Assembly: GCA_965200225.1 (NCBI GenBank)
Contig: CBDATM010000001.1
Coordinates: 633,510-697,509 of the forward strand
Direction: 5' to 3'
Source of the DNA: Gammaproteobacteria bacterium
GTDB taxonomy: Bacteria; Pseudomonadota; Gammaproteobacteria; Steroidobacterales; Foliamicaceae
DNA length: 64,000 nucleotides
A model generated the notes under the pieces. It was not told where the DNA came from. It worked only from the letters and a program-made list of their open reading frames with translations, and made no database searches. Made by a program: the position numbers and the translations under genes. Shown piece by piece: positions 55,962 through 64,000 of this stretch. Position 1 is the stretch's first letter. Each line of letters opens with the position of its first letter.

Positions 55962-56307
55962 CAAGCCGTCTTATGGAAGAATTTCATGCGTAAAGGCGGC
56001 ACTGGACCCATCCGGCGCGATTTGCATACCGGCCAATATAAACCAACGATACTGCTGAGGAAGCAAGCGAGGCGGTCATGCAGACCGTCAGAAGATCAGA
56101 CCAACTGGGATTCAATTACCCCGACGTGGAACCCGCACACTGGGCTCCTAACATCGCGAGACATCGGGAGTTGAAATCTTCCTCCCGATGGTTAAACTAC
56201 GCTGCAAGAAAACCCATCGGACCACCGCCCAGATAGGGAGATACGGGGTCCGATCATCTTGATCCCAGGGACGCCTCGCGCGTCCCTGTATCTTTGCAGG
56301 GATTAGC

Positions 56308-56778
56308 ATGACGGATGAAGATTTGATCCAAGGACCACGGTACCGAGTCAGCGTGTTCGTGGATTTTTGGAATTACACGCTGTCGATACGGGATACCGAT
56401 GAGGCGTTTCGCACGGACTGGTCGAAGCTCGGGCCGACGCTCTCACGCGCGGCTGCAGCAGTAGTCGATGCCACCGCTACCGGAGAATATCAAGGACTGA
56501 ATTTCTACGGCTCCCACGATCCGGCCAGTGAGGCGGACCGTAAGCTTCACCGATGGGCCACGAGAGTGGTTGACACGTTTCCGGGTGTGAGTGTGTCGAT
56601 CGTTCCCCGTCAGAAGAAGCGTTCGCCGCCCGTGTGCCCTGCCTGCCACGCGCCAGTAGACGAATGCCAGCGCTTCTACAACCACGTCCGCCCTCACTGC
56701 GCGCTGGACTTGCTCACCCCAATGGAATACCACCGCAAATACAGGCCAGCCGAATCCACACAGTCCCAAATGTACTGA
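56308..56778 (+). pseudogene. Chimeric ORF: NYN-domain-like N-terminus fused to the C-terminal tail of an rve-type (IS3/IS481-like) transposase
   Basis: The N-terminus YRVSVFVDFWNYTLS... and a CPACHAPV ribbon resemble NYN/LabA-like proteins. The last about 35 aa (FYNHVRPHCALDLLTPMEYHRKY) are the conserved end of integrase-core transposases. Confidence 0.5.
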
Positions 56779-56845
56779 ACCCTTACAGGCGCTTGCATTT
56801 TGCACCGGTGGTGGTTCACACTCTCCGGGGCAACTTTGGCAAGGC

Positions 56846-58042
56846 TTGGGGGATATAGCCATGATCCGTAATCTCATTTCATCCCGTTTCCGAGCAGTGT
56901 CTGGCGCATTGCCGGTGCTGGCCCTACTCGGAGTGGCCTTCTTCCTGAGCGCATCGAAGGCGGCGGCGCAGCCTGCGGAGGGAGGGCCGCCTCCCGCGCC
57001 GCCGGTTCCGACCGAAATCGTGTGGCAGAGCGACGAGATGCTGCCGTACTATGAAATACCGAATATTCCCGTGTCCGCCGAGGCGTACTTCTCCCCGGAC
57101 AGCTACTACCTGATTGCCCAGACTCGCGACAAGGATGCCGTCCAGGGCGAGAGCGGCAGGCACGGCAATCTCACCTACACCTACACGATTGAAGGCACCG
57201 AGCTTACGCGCATCAATGACAAGGGTCAGGACGCCTGCTCGTATTTCTTCCCGGACCAGAAGCGCGTCATCTTCACTTCCACCCGGGACAATCTGCATCT
57301 GCCGGTGGGGAACTGGTCGGACGAGGACGAGTATCCCAGGGGCGGCGAACTCTATATTGCCAATATCGACGGCAGCGACCGCCGTCGGCTCACGCACAAC
57401 GAGTACTACGAGGCCGAGGTGGTGGTCTCGCCCACCGGCGAGTGGATCGCTTTCGGGCGAAACATCGACGGCCGCCAGGATTTGTGGCGAATACGCCCGG
57501 ACGGCACCGACGAACAGCGCATAACAGACACCGACGATTGGCAGGAAGGCTCGCCGTATTTCATGCCCGACGGAGAGAACTTGCTGTTCCGCTCCTGGCG
57601 CGACTCGGAGTACAAGAAGATCAGGCCCACGCCCATGACGGTGATGACGATCAACATCGACGGCTCCAACTGGCGCCGCTATACCTTTGACCGCGACATG
57701 AACTGGGCGCCGAACCCGGCCCCCAATGGACGGCACTACGTGTTTGTGCGGGTCTCCGAAATGACCGGCAGCCCGCTGGGCAACTGGGACCTGTACCTCG
57801 GCGACCTCGCCGGGGGCGAGCCCGTTCGCCTTACGACCTTCGAGGGATTCGACGGGCTTCCGGGCATGGCGCCCAACGGCAAGCTTCTGGCCTGGGCGCG
57901 GGCCAAGGGCGGACGCTTCATGGCTGGCATACGCACGCACATCATGGACGTGTCTTCGCTGAACCTGGGTCCGGAGCACTATGAACCGCTGAATCCCGAG
58001 TGGGGCGAAGCCATGTTCGACGATCCGCCGGCTGCCGAGTAA
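56846..58042 (+). CDS. Secreted TolB-like (PD40/WD40-like) beta-propeller protein
   Basis: Signal peptide and repeated PD40-like units (SPDSYYL, SPTGEWIAF, FMPDGENLLF, APNGRHYVF, APNGKLLAW). Confidence 0.7.
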   Translation: MGDIAMIRNLISSRFRAVSGALPVLALLGVAFFLSASKAAAQPAEGGPPPAPPVPTEIVWQSDEMLPYYEIPNIPVSAEAYFSPDSYYLIAQTRDKDAVQGESGRHGNLTYTYTIEGTELTRINDKGQDACSYFFPDQKRVIFTSTRDNLHLPVGNWSDEDEYPRGGELYIANIDGSDRRRLTHNEYYEAEVVVSPTGEWIAFGRNIDGRQDLWRIRPDGTDEQRITDTDDWQEGSPYFMPDGENLLFRSWRDSEYKKIRPTPMTVMTINIDGSNWRRYTFDRDMNWAPNPAPNGRHYVFVRVSEMTGSPLGNWDLYLGDLAGGEPVRLTTFEGFDGLPGMAPNGKLLAWARAKGGRFMAGIRTHIMDVSSLNLGPEHYEPLNPEWGEAMFDDPPAAE

Positions 58043-58285
58043 CACACGCAGATTCAGGTTCCTTGAGGCTGTGCCGCAGCCTCAGCCGCAGGCTCAGCCT
58101 CTACTCGCCGCTTCCGAATAGCAGGAGCGCCGAATGACAGGAGCTCCGAATCACAGGAGCGCCGGAGACGGTGGGCGCCGATGCCCCGGCGCTCAGTGCG
58201 AACTCGCAGCGCCTTCAGAAAACCGGCGACACATGCGGGCTGATGCGCTCGTATATCATCCTGCCGGAGATATGGGAGCGCCGCC

Positions 58286-60001
58286 TTGGATGTAATGAAC
58301 TTCTTCAACGCGCTGAATGCGTTGATCTGGCACAACTGGATGCTCTACGCCGTGCTGGCCACCGGCGTGCTGTTCACGGTCTGGAGCGGCTTTTGCCAGT
58401 ACCGCGCCCTTACCCACGGCGTGGCCATTACCGGCGGAAAGTATGACGACAAGGACGATCCCGGCGCCATTTCCCACTTCCAGGCGCTGTCCGCGGCCCT
58501 GTCCGCCACGGTTGGCCTGGGCAATATCGGCGGGGTGGCACTGGCGATCAGCCTGGGAGGTCCGGGCGCCGTGTTCTGGATGTGGGTCGTGGGGCTTTGC
58601 GGCATGGCGGTCAAACTCACGGAAGTAACGCTCACCATGCTCTACCGGGACACGGATGACCCCGAAAACCCGCACGGCGGCCCCATGATGGTGGTGGATC
58701 AGGGCGTGCCCGCGCGCTGGCCGAAATTGCGTCCCGCCGGAAAAGTTTTCGCGGTGATTTTCAGCATATCGGTAATCATTTCCGCGATTACCGGGGGCAA
58801 TCTCTTCCAGGCCTGGAATGTGGGCGACGTGACCGAAAGCTATTTCGGCGTACCCGCCTGGATGTGCGGTCTGGCGCTTGCGGTGGCGGCGGGGCTGGTG
58901 ATTATTGGCGGCATTCGGCGGATCGGGCAGGTGGCCTCGCGTCTGGTGCCATTCATGGTTGTTTTGTACTTCCTGGGCTGCATTGTGGTGCTGGGCCTCA
59001 CCTGGGAGCAGATTCCCGAGTCCTTTGCACTGATCTTCCGCGGTGCCTTCTCTTCTCTGGACGGTGTTGGCGCGTTCATTGGCGGCACCGCGGGTTCGGC
59101 GTTCATTTTCGGCATGAAACGAGCACTCTTTTCGAGCGAGGCCGGGCAAGGCTCCTCTCCGATCGCCCACTCCGCCGCGCGCACCGACGAACCGGTGCGC
59201 GAAGGCCTCGTTGCGGCGCTGGAGCCCTTCATCGACACGCTGGTGGTATGCACGCTCACCGCTCTGGTGATCCTGAGCACGGGACAATGGCGGCGCGGGC
59301 CGGAAGCGGACTTCCCCGTGGCGCCCGAGGTGGTTGCCGCGGAGACTTCCGGTTCCTGGACGATTGCGGAAACGGTTCCGCCGCAACGGGCTGGCGGCGA
59401 TTGGTCGGGCGGCGAGTCCGTATTCATGGTGGCTTCCGCCGACTACAACCCGGACACGGACAACAACCTGCACAAGATAACGGGGGAGATTGAACTGGCC
59501 GCGAACGGACAGGCTGTGGTTCGCTGGCAGTCCATCGAAAGCGCGGCTGTTCCGGTATTGCGGGACAGCGGAATATTCGTGTCCTACGAGGGCGCGACGA
59601 TGACGGCGCGAGCGCTGGATTCCGCAATTCCGGGCCTGGGCAAGTGGCTGGTGAGTCTGGCGGTGTGGCTGTTCGCCTTCTCCACCATCATTTCCTGGAG
59701 CTATTACGCGGAGCAGGCGGTGTGGTTTCTGGGCGCCCGCAAGATCGGCCTGATGGTTTACAAGATCGGCTATTGCCTGCTGGCGCTGGTGGCGACGCTG
59801 GGCTGGCTGAAAACGGATGCCGAACTGGACACGGTAACCACCCTGGGCACCGGACTGATGCTGGTGGTGAACATGCCGATTTTGTGGCTGTTCGGCTGGC
59901 AGGCGATGCGCGCCTACAAGGAATACATCCGAAGGTTCACCAGCGGCCGCATGCAGCGCGGCCAAGGCGCCCCCACCCTGGAGCAGCTGATCCGCAACTG
60001 A
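58286..60001 (+). CDS. Alanine/glycine:cation symporter (AGCS) family transporter with about 100-aa insertion
   Basis: ISHFQALSAALSATVGLGNIGGVALAISLGGPGAVFWMW and FAFSTIISWSYYAEQ are AGCS hallmarks. 571 aa against my recollection of about 450-500 aa as usual. Confidence 0.85.
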   Translation: MDVMNFFNALNALIWHNWMLYAVLATGVLFTVWSGFCQYRALTHGVAITGGKYDDKDDPGAISHFQALSAALSATVGLGNIGGVALAISLGGPGAVFWMWVVGLCGMAVKLTEVTLTMLYRDTDDPENPHGGPMMVVDQGVPARWPKLRPAGKVFAVIFSISVIISAITGGNLFQAWNVGDVTESYFGVPAWMCGLALAVAAGLVIIGGIRRIGQVASRLVPFMVVLYFLGCIVVLGLTWEQIPESFALIFRGAFSSLDGVGAFIGGTAGSAFIFGMKRALFSSEAGQGSSPIAHSAARTDEPVREGLVAALEPFIDTLVVCTLTALVILSTGQWRRGPEADFPVAPEVVAAETSGSWTIAETVPPQRAGGDWSGGESVFMVASADYNPDTDNNLHKITGEIELAANGQAVVRWQSIESAAVPVLRDSGIFVSYEGATMTARALDSAIPGLGKWLVSLAVWLFAFSTIISWSYYAEQAVWFLGARKIGLMVYKIGYCLLALVATLGWLKTDAELDTVTTLGTGLMLVVNMPILWLFGWQAMRAYKEYIRRFTSGRMQRGQGAPTLEQLIRN

Positions 60002-60034
60002 CCTCAGGAAAGAAACGGGTTGGACGGGGCGTGA

Positions 60035-61237
60035 TCAACGGCGGGGGAGCACGCCGCCACGTCTGATCGCCCGACGCAGACTGCCGGCGCGGCTGGCCAC
60101 GCAGGCCAGCGTGAGCACGGAGAACAACAGCACGCAATAGACCATCGGGTACGGCGTGTCGGTGAGCACGGTTCCCACCAGCTGCATCCCGACCGCGCCG
60201 AACACATGCTGCAGGAAAGCGGTAATGGCGGAGGCAGTGCCCGCGTGCGGTCCGGCGCTGGTGAGCGACCCGGCCTGCGCATTCGGCATGAAGATTCCCG
60301 ACGCGAACGCCCATGGGGCCATTCCGATGAACAACACCGTGAGGCTCCATTCCCAGAAGTAGAGCATCGCCAACAGCACAACGGCGGTTGCGGTGGTCAT
60401 CACCATGCCCAGCATCATGGAGCCGTTAACGCCCAGCCGGGGCCCAAGCCAGATCGAACTCATGGTTCCGAAGAAGTAGAAGGAACTCAAGGCCATGGTC
60501 CACAGCCCGTAGGTGGTGGGGCTGTGCCCGAGCATGGTTTCCACTACGTGCGGCGCTCCGGCGCCGAAGCAGTAATAGCCACCCACGATCATGCCGGTGG
60601 CGAAGGCGTAGCGCAAAAAACGCGGGTTGACCAGCAATACGCGGAACGCCCGGCGGCTTCGCGACTCTCTTTTTACAAAGGTTTCCTCGATCCGCAGGAA
60701 CATTGCCAGCAGCAACACGAAGAACGCCGTAAGGAATATGAAGATGCTGCGCCAGCCGAAGCTTTCGGTCAGGTATCCGCTCAAGGCCGGCGCCGCCATG
60801 GGGCCCACCATCATTGCCATGGTCAGTATGGCCAGCATTCGCGGCAACCGCTTCTGGCCGAAGGCGTCCCTCAGCATGACCCGTGCCAGCGTGATGCAGC
60901 CCGCCGCGCCCAGGCCCTGCAGGCAGCGGCCGATGATCAGCGTTTCCACGTTGGGAGAAAAAATGCAGATCACGCTGCCCGAGCACAGCAGCAGCAGGGC
61001 GCCCAATAGGGGCGGGCGGCGGCCGAAGCGGTCGGCCAGAGGTCCGTAGATCAGGACGCCCGGCGCCAGGATCAATGTCGCCAGAGAGGTTGTGAACTGG
61101 GCCAGTTCGCGGGAAATCGAGAAGTCGATTTCGAGCGCGGGAAGAGCCGGAAACAGAATGGTGAGCGACATGGGTCCGCTCATGGTGATGAGCGCCAGCA
61201 CGGTCACCAGATTGCGTTCGGATCGCGTAAGCGCCAC
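60035..61237 (-). CDS. MFS transporter (Bcr/CflA-like drug efflux type)
   Basis: 400 aa with 12 TM helices and the MFS motif GPLADRFGRRP between TM2 and TM3. Confidence 0.8.
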   Translation of the reverse strand: MALTRSERNLVTVLALITMSGPMSLTILFPALPALEIDFSISRELAQFTTSLATLILAPGVLIYGPLADRFGRRPPLLGALLLLCSGSVICIFSPNVETLIIGRCLQGLGAAGCITLARVMLRDAFGQKRLPRMLAILTMAMMVGPMAAPALSGYLTESFGWRSIFIFLTAFFVLLLAMFLRIEETFVKRESRSRRAFRVLLVNPRFLRYAFATGMIVGGYYCFGAGAPHVVETMLGHSPTTYGLWTMALSSFYFFGTMSSIWLGPRLGVNGSMMLGMVMTTATAVVLLAMLYFWEWSLTVLFIGMAPWAFASGIFMPNAQAGSLTSAGPHAGTASAITAFLQHVFGAVGMQLVGTVLTDTPYPMVYCVLLFSVLTLACVASRAGSLRRAIRRGGVLPRR

Positions 61238-61378
61238 GCGATCTACCCCCGGTTGCCGGAATACGGCTCTTTCACGCTGCGGGAAACTCGGTCGGTCCGC
61301 GCCGATTTCGCCGAATCGTTGCCGGAATACGGCTTTTTCACGTGGCGGGAAACGGGTTTGCGAGTGCCGCGGCCGGCA

Positions 61379-62350
61379 CTAATCGAGATAGAGGGAGCTG
61401 ACCGACTCATCCAGGCTGATTCTGCGCATGGTCTCGGCCAGCAGTTCGGCGACGCTGAGCTGGCGAATCTTCCCGCAGGCGGCGCCCTCGTCCGACAGCG
61501 GTATGGTGTCGGTAACCACCAGTTCGGTAAGGTCCGAGTTCGCGATCCGCTCCAGAGCCTTGCCGCTGAGCACCGGGTGCGTGATGTAGGCCACCACTTC
61601 CAGCGCGCCTTCTTCCAGCAGGCTGCTGGCCGCCTGACAAAGCGTGCCGGCGGTATCGATCATGTCGTCGATCAGCACGCACACCTTGCCGCGAACTTCG
61701 CCGATGATGTTCATGGCCTCGGCCACGTTGGGCTTGGGCCGGCGCTTGTCGATGATTGCCAGGTCGGTGTTGTCGAGGCGGCGCGCCAGGGCCCGGGCTC
61801 TGACCACCCCGCCCACGTCGGGAGACACCACAACCACGTCTTGATCCATCCTCTTCCAGGCGTCCGCCAGCAGAACGGGCGAGGCATAGACGTTATCCAC
61901 GGAAATCGAAAAGAAGCCCTGGATCTGGTCGGCGTGCAAATCTACCGTCACCAGGTGATCAATGCCCGAGGCGCAGATCATTTGCGCCACTGCCTTGGCG
62001 GAAATGGGCGCCCGCACCGCGCGCGAGCGGCGGTCCTGCCGGGAATAGCCGAAATAGGGGATCACGGCGGTGATGCGCTGCGCGGAGGCGCGGCGGCAGG
62101 CGTCCGCCAGCAGAATCAACTCCATCAGATTGTCGTTGACCGGCGGGCAGGTGGATTGCACGATAAACACGTCCCGGCCGCGGATGTTGTCGAGCACTTC
62201 CACGCTGATTTCGCCGTCGCTGAAGCGTTCCACCTGCGCCCGGCCCTTCCGCACGCCCAGGGCGCGGGCTATGGACGAGGCGAGAGCCAGCGTGGCATTG
62301 CCGGCGAGAATCTCGATCTTGGGCAGTTCGTAGCTACGATTTTCGGCCAT
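61379..62350 (-). CDS. prs: Ribose-phosphate pyrophosphokinase
   Basis: [14 protein letters not shown] and the PRPP-binding loop [14 protein letters not shown]. 323 aa. Confidence 0.95.
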   Translation of the reverse strand: MAENRSYELPKIEILAGNATLALASSIARALGVRKGRAQVERFSDGEISVEVLDNIRGRDVFIVQSTCPPVNDNLMELILLADACRRASAQRITAVIPYFGYSRQDRRSRAVRAPISAKAVAQMICASGIDHLVTVDLHADQIQGFFSISVDNVYASPVLLADAWKRMDQDVVVVSPDVGGVVRARALARRLDNTDLAIIDKRRPKPNVAEAMNIIGEVRGKVCVLIDDMIDTAGTLCQAASSLLEEGALEVVAYITHPVLSGKALERIANSDLTELVVTDTIPLSDEGAACGKIRQLSVAELLAETMRRISLDESVSSLYLD

Positions 62351-62379
62351 GGACTGTATCGCGGTGAATGCACCAGGGT

Positions 62380-62454
62380 TGGCTGGGGCGGCAGGATTCG
62401 AACCTGCGAATCACGGGATCAAAACCCGTTGCCTTACCGCTTGGCTACGCCCCA
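62380..62454 (-). tRNA. tRNA-Gln (anticodon UUG)
   Basis: The reverse complement is tggggcgtagccaagcggtaaggcaacgggttttgatcccgtgattcgcaggttcgaatcctgccgccccagcca. It folds as a cloverleaf (anticodon stem acggg/cccgt, loop ttTTGat, T-arm gcagg-ttcgaat-cctgc, encoded CCA). It is almost identical in D-arm and T-arm to E. coli tRNA-Gln as I remember it. Confidence 0.9.
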
Positions 62455-62567
62455 ATGCGCCAAGCACTTTATTGTCTTGCCGCCCGCCCGCGCCTGTCAA
62501 TGCGCGCACTGCCATAATTGGGCGGCAAAGCTCTGATGCGACAATATGAGCGGGACAGGCTGCGAGT

Positions 62568-63161
62568 ATGCGAAAGATTGCATTTTTTCGAGCGGCGGCG
62601 GCGCCTCGGGCGGTGCTGCTTGCCGCGCTGCTCGCGCTGTTCGCGGTGACTCCGGCGGCTCCGGTGGGCGCGCAGGTGAACATCGATGCCTACCGGGATT
62701 ACTTTCTGGTAGGCCGCTTCGGCGAGGTTTGCACCATGTGCGAGGTGGTGGTGCTGTGCGAGGAAGGAAGCGAGCCGCCTGAGGCCCAGGAAATCCCTTC
62801 CGAGGGCGACTTTACGCTCTACCACCTGCAAACTCGCACCTTCTGGTCGCAGTTGTCCACGATCTGGGAATGGTTCATCTCCAATTTCACGGCCGCCGAC
62901 CTCGCCCAGCGCGGCCACACGCGTCCGGTGCATGTTTATTCCGTGAGCGGTGGCGACTGGCCGGCCAGGACCGTGATCGAGGGCCGGCTGATCCTTGAGC
63001 CGGGAGTGCTTGAATTCGGGGCTCGGCGCATCGACCGCGTCAACCGCGCCTGGTTGCGCGCCGACACCGGCGAGGCCTTGGGCTACTGCGCGCGGCTGTC
63101 TCTGTGGGAAGCGCTTGAGAGCATCGAGGCCAACGCCCCCGAGCCGGAGAACGAACCATGA
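62568..63161 (+). CDS. Secreted hypothetical protein
   Basis: 197 aa with a signal peptide (…APVGA/QV) and a CxxC pair. Its stop overlaps the next gene's start (ATGA). Confidence 0.55.
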   Translation: MRKIAFFRAAAAPRAVLLAALLALFAVTPAAPVGAQVNIDAYRDYFLVGRFGEVCTMCEVVVLCEEGSEPPEAQEIPSEGDFTLYHLQTRTFWSQLSTIWEWFISNFTAADLAQRGHTRPVHVYSVSGGDWPARTVIEGRLILEPGVLEFGARRIDRVNRAWLRADTGEALGYCARLSLWEALESIEANAPEPENEP

Positions 63162-63676
63162 GCCGCGCGATTCAGGAATTCCGGCAAGTCTGGAAATGGG
63201 ACTGGATCAAGAGCCACCCGGTTCGCTTCGCCGGCATACAGCTGCACCTGCTCTTCAGGACACTGTTCGCGATCTTCTGGCTGGCCGCGGGCATCAACAA
63301 GATCGTCAAGGACTGGCTGACCAGCGACATCCTCAAGGAGATCTTTCTGGACCGCTTGACGGAAATGCCGCCGGACGCCTTCGCATCGCTTTTCCTGCAG
63401 GAATTCGCGCTGCCGCTCTACGTCCTGGTGGCATGGGTGATCACCTGGGGCGAGATTTATTCGGCGGTCGGCCTGCTTTTGGGATTCACAACCCGCATCG
63501 CCGCCGGAGTCAGCCTGTTCATCCTGTGCGGTTTTGCCGTGGGCGGCTACTACGACGCTTCGCTGATTCCGTTCTTCCTGCTCACCGCCGTGTTTCTGTG
63601 GTGGCCCTCCGGACTGTGGCTGGGAATCGACCGCCCTCTGGCCAGACGCTATCCGAAGAGCCGCTGGTTCCGGTAG
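63158..63676 (+). CDS. DoxX-like 4-TM membrane protein
   Basis: 172 aa with 4 TM helices and a DoxX/TQO-small-subunit-like pattern (GINKIVKDW..., GEIYSAVGLLLGFTTR). It is coupled to the upstream ORF. Confidence 0.55.
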   Translation: MSRAIQEFRQVWKWDWIKSHPVRFAGIQLHLLFRTLFAIFWLAAGINKIVKDWLTSDILKEIFLDRLTEMPPDAFASLFLQEFALPLYVLVAWVITWGEIYSAVGLLLGFTTRIAAGVSLFILCGFAVGGYYDASLIPFFLLTAVFLWWPSGLWLGIDRPLARRYPKSRWFR

Positions 63677-63711
63677 CTCGCCTGCGACGATAGACGCTCT
63701 GCTGCGGATGA

Positions 63712-63787
<76 letters not shown>

Positions 63788-63895
63788 TCGTCGAATCCGG
63801 GCGGATTATAGCGCCGCGCAAGCCCCAGCTCGCATATGTCGCCAGTGGGCTGCGTCGTCGCTGCTTTCTTCTGCCCCGGCGCCATGGTTTGCGTG

Positions 63896-64000
63896 TTATC
63901 GCGTTCCCTCTCTGTGGGGAGACGCAACAAGCACGTCCCTGTCTGCTCGGCTCGGGCCTGGCTGCCCTCGCAAGCTCCCCACAGAGAGGGAACGCGATAA
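63896..64000. repeat. Nested palindromic element, copy C (inverted orientation, divergent core; touches window end)
   Basis: 63896-63921 is the exact reverse complement of 63975-64000 (26 bp). The 53-nt centre aligns in reverse orientation with the cores of copies A and B (shared acgca...gtcc...gctcggc). Confidence 0.7.

Overview
High-G+C (about 65% by eye) proteobacterial chromosome segment. It is probably gammaproteobacterial, because the arginine pathway has an acetylornithine-type carbamoyltransferase like that of Xanthomonadales. Most of the window is housekeeping: macA-macB-OMF efflux operon, RDD protein, MBL hydrolase, mutM, rsmD-coaD-ggt, ftsEX, argR plus a translationally coupled argG-X-argC-argD-argF'-argB-argH-thioesterase operon, tatABC, dtd, OPT transporter, acyl-CoA dehydrogenase, HIT protein, two TonB-dependent receptors, a PQQ dehydrogenase, rpoH, an alanine/cation symporter, an MFS pump, prs, tRNA-Gln and tRNA-Phe. 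Three accessory patches interrupt this. (i) 5.3-8.9 kb is decayed mobile DNA: a DUF222/HNH pseudogene, an IS630 transposase fragment and a low-GC lipoprotein. (ii) 29.6-42.2 kb is the main hit, a minus-strand defence operon. Its order is a low-GC membrane protein, a DUF499 ATPase, two tightly coupled small unknown ORFs, an Xre-ImmA/IrrE metalloprotease with a DUF4411 PIN-like nuclease, a DUF1156 Zn-ribbon methyltransferase broken by one in-frame TAG, and a PLD-nuclease/SNF2 helicase. This is the helicase-methylase-ATPase (Hma-type) architecture carrying uncharacterised embedded cargo. (iii) 55.5-56.8 kb is a decayed patch with an A7 frameshift gene and a NYN/transposase-tail chimera. The window also holds a three-member family of nested palindromic elements, with a conserved core, a covarying inner hairpin and unique long outer stems. 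Other items are an uncharacterised P-loop gene inside the arg operon, a sigma-32-type promoter in front of rpoH, and many short tandem duplications in leaders and at gene junctions. Everything was done by eye from the sequence and ORF track. Start codons, family names and G+C statements are estimates, and no database search was run.
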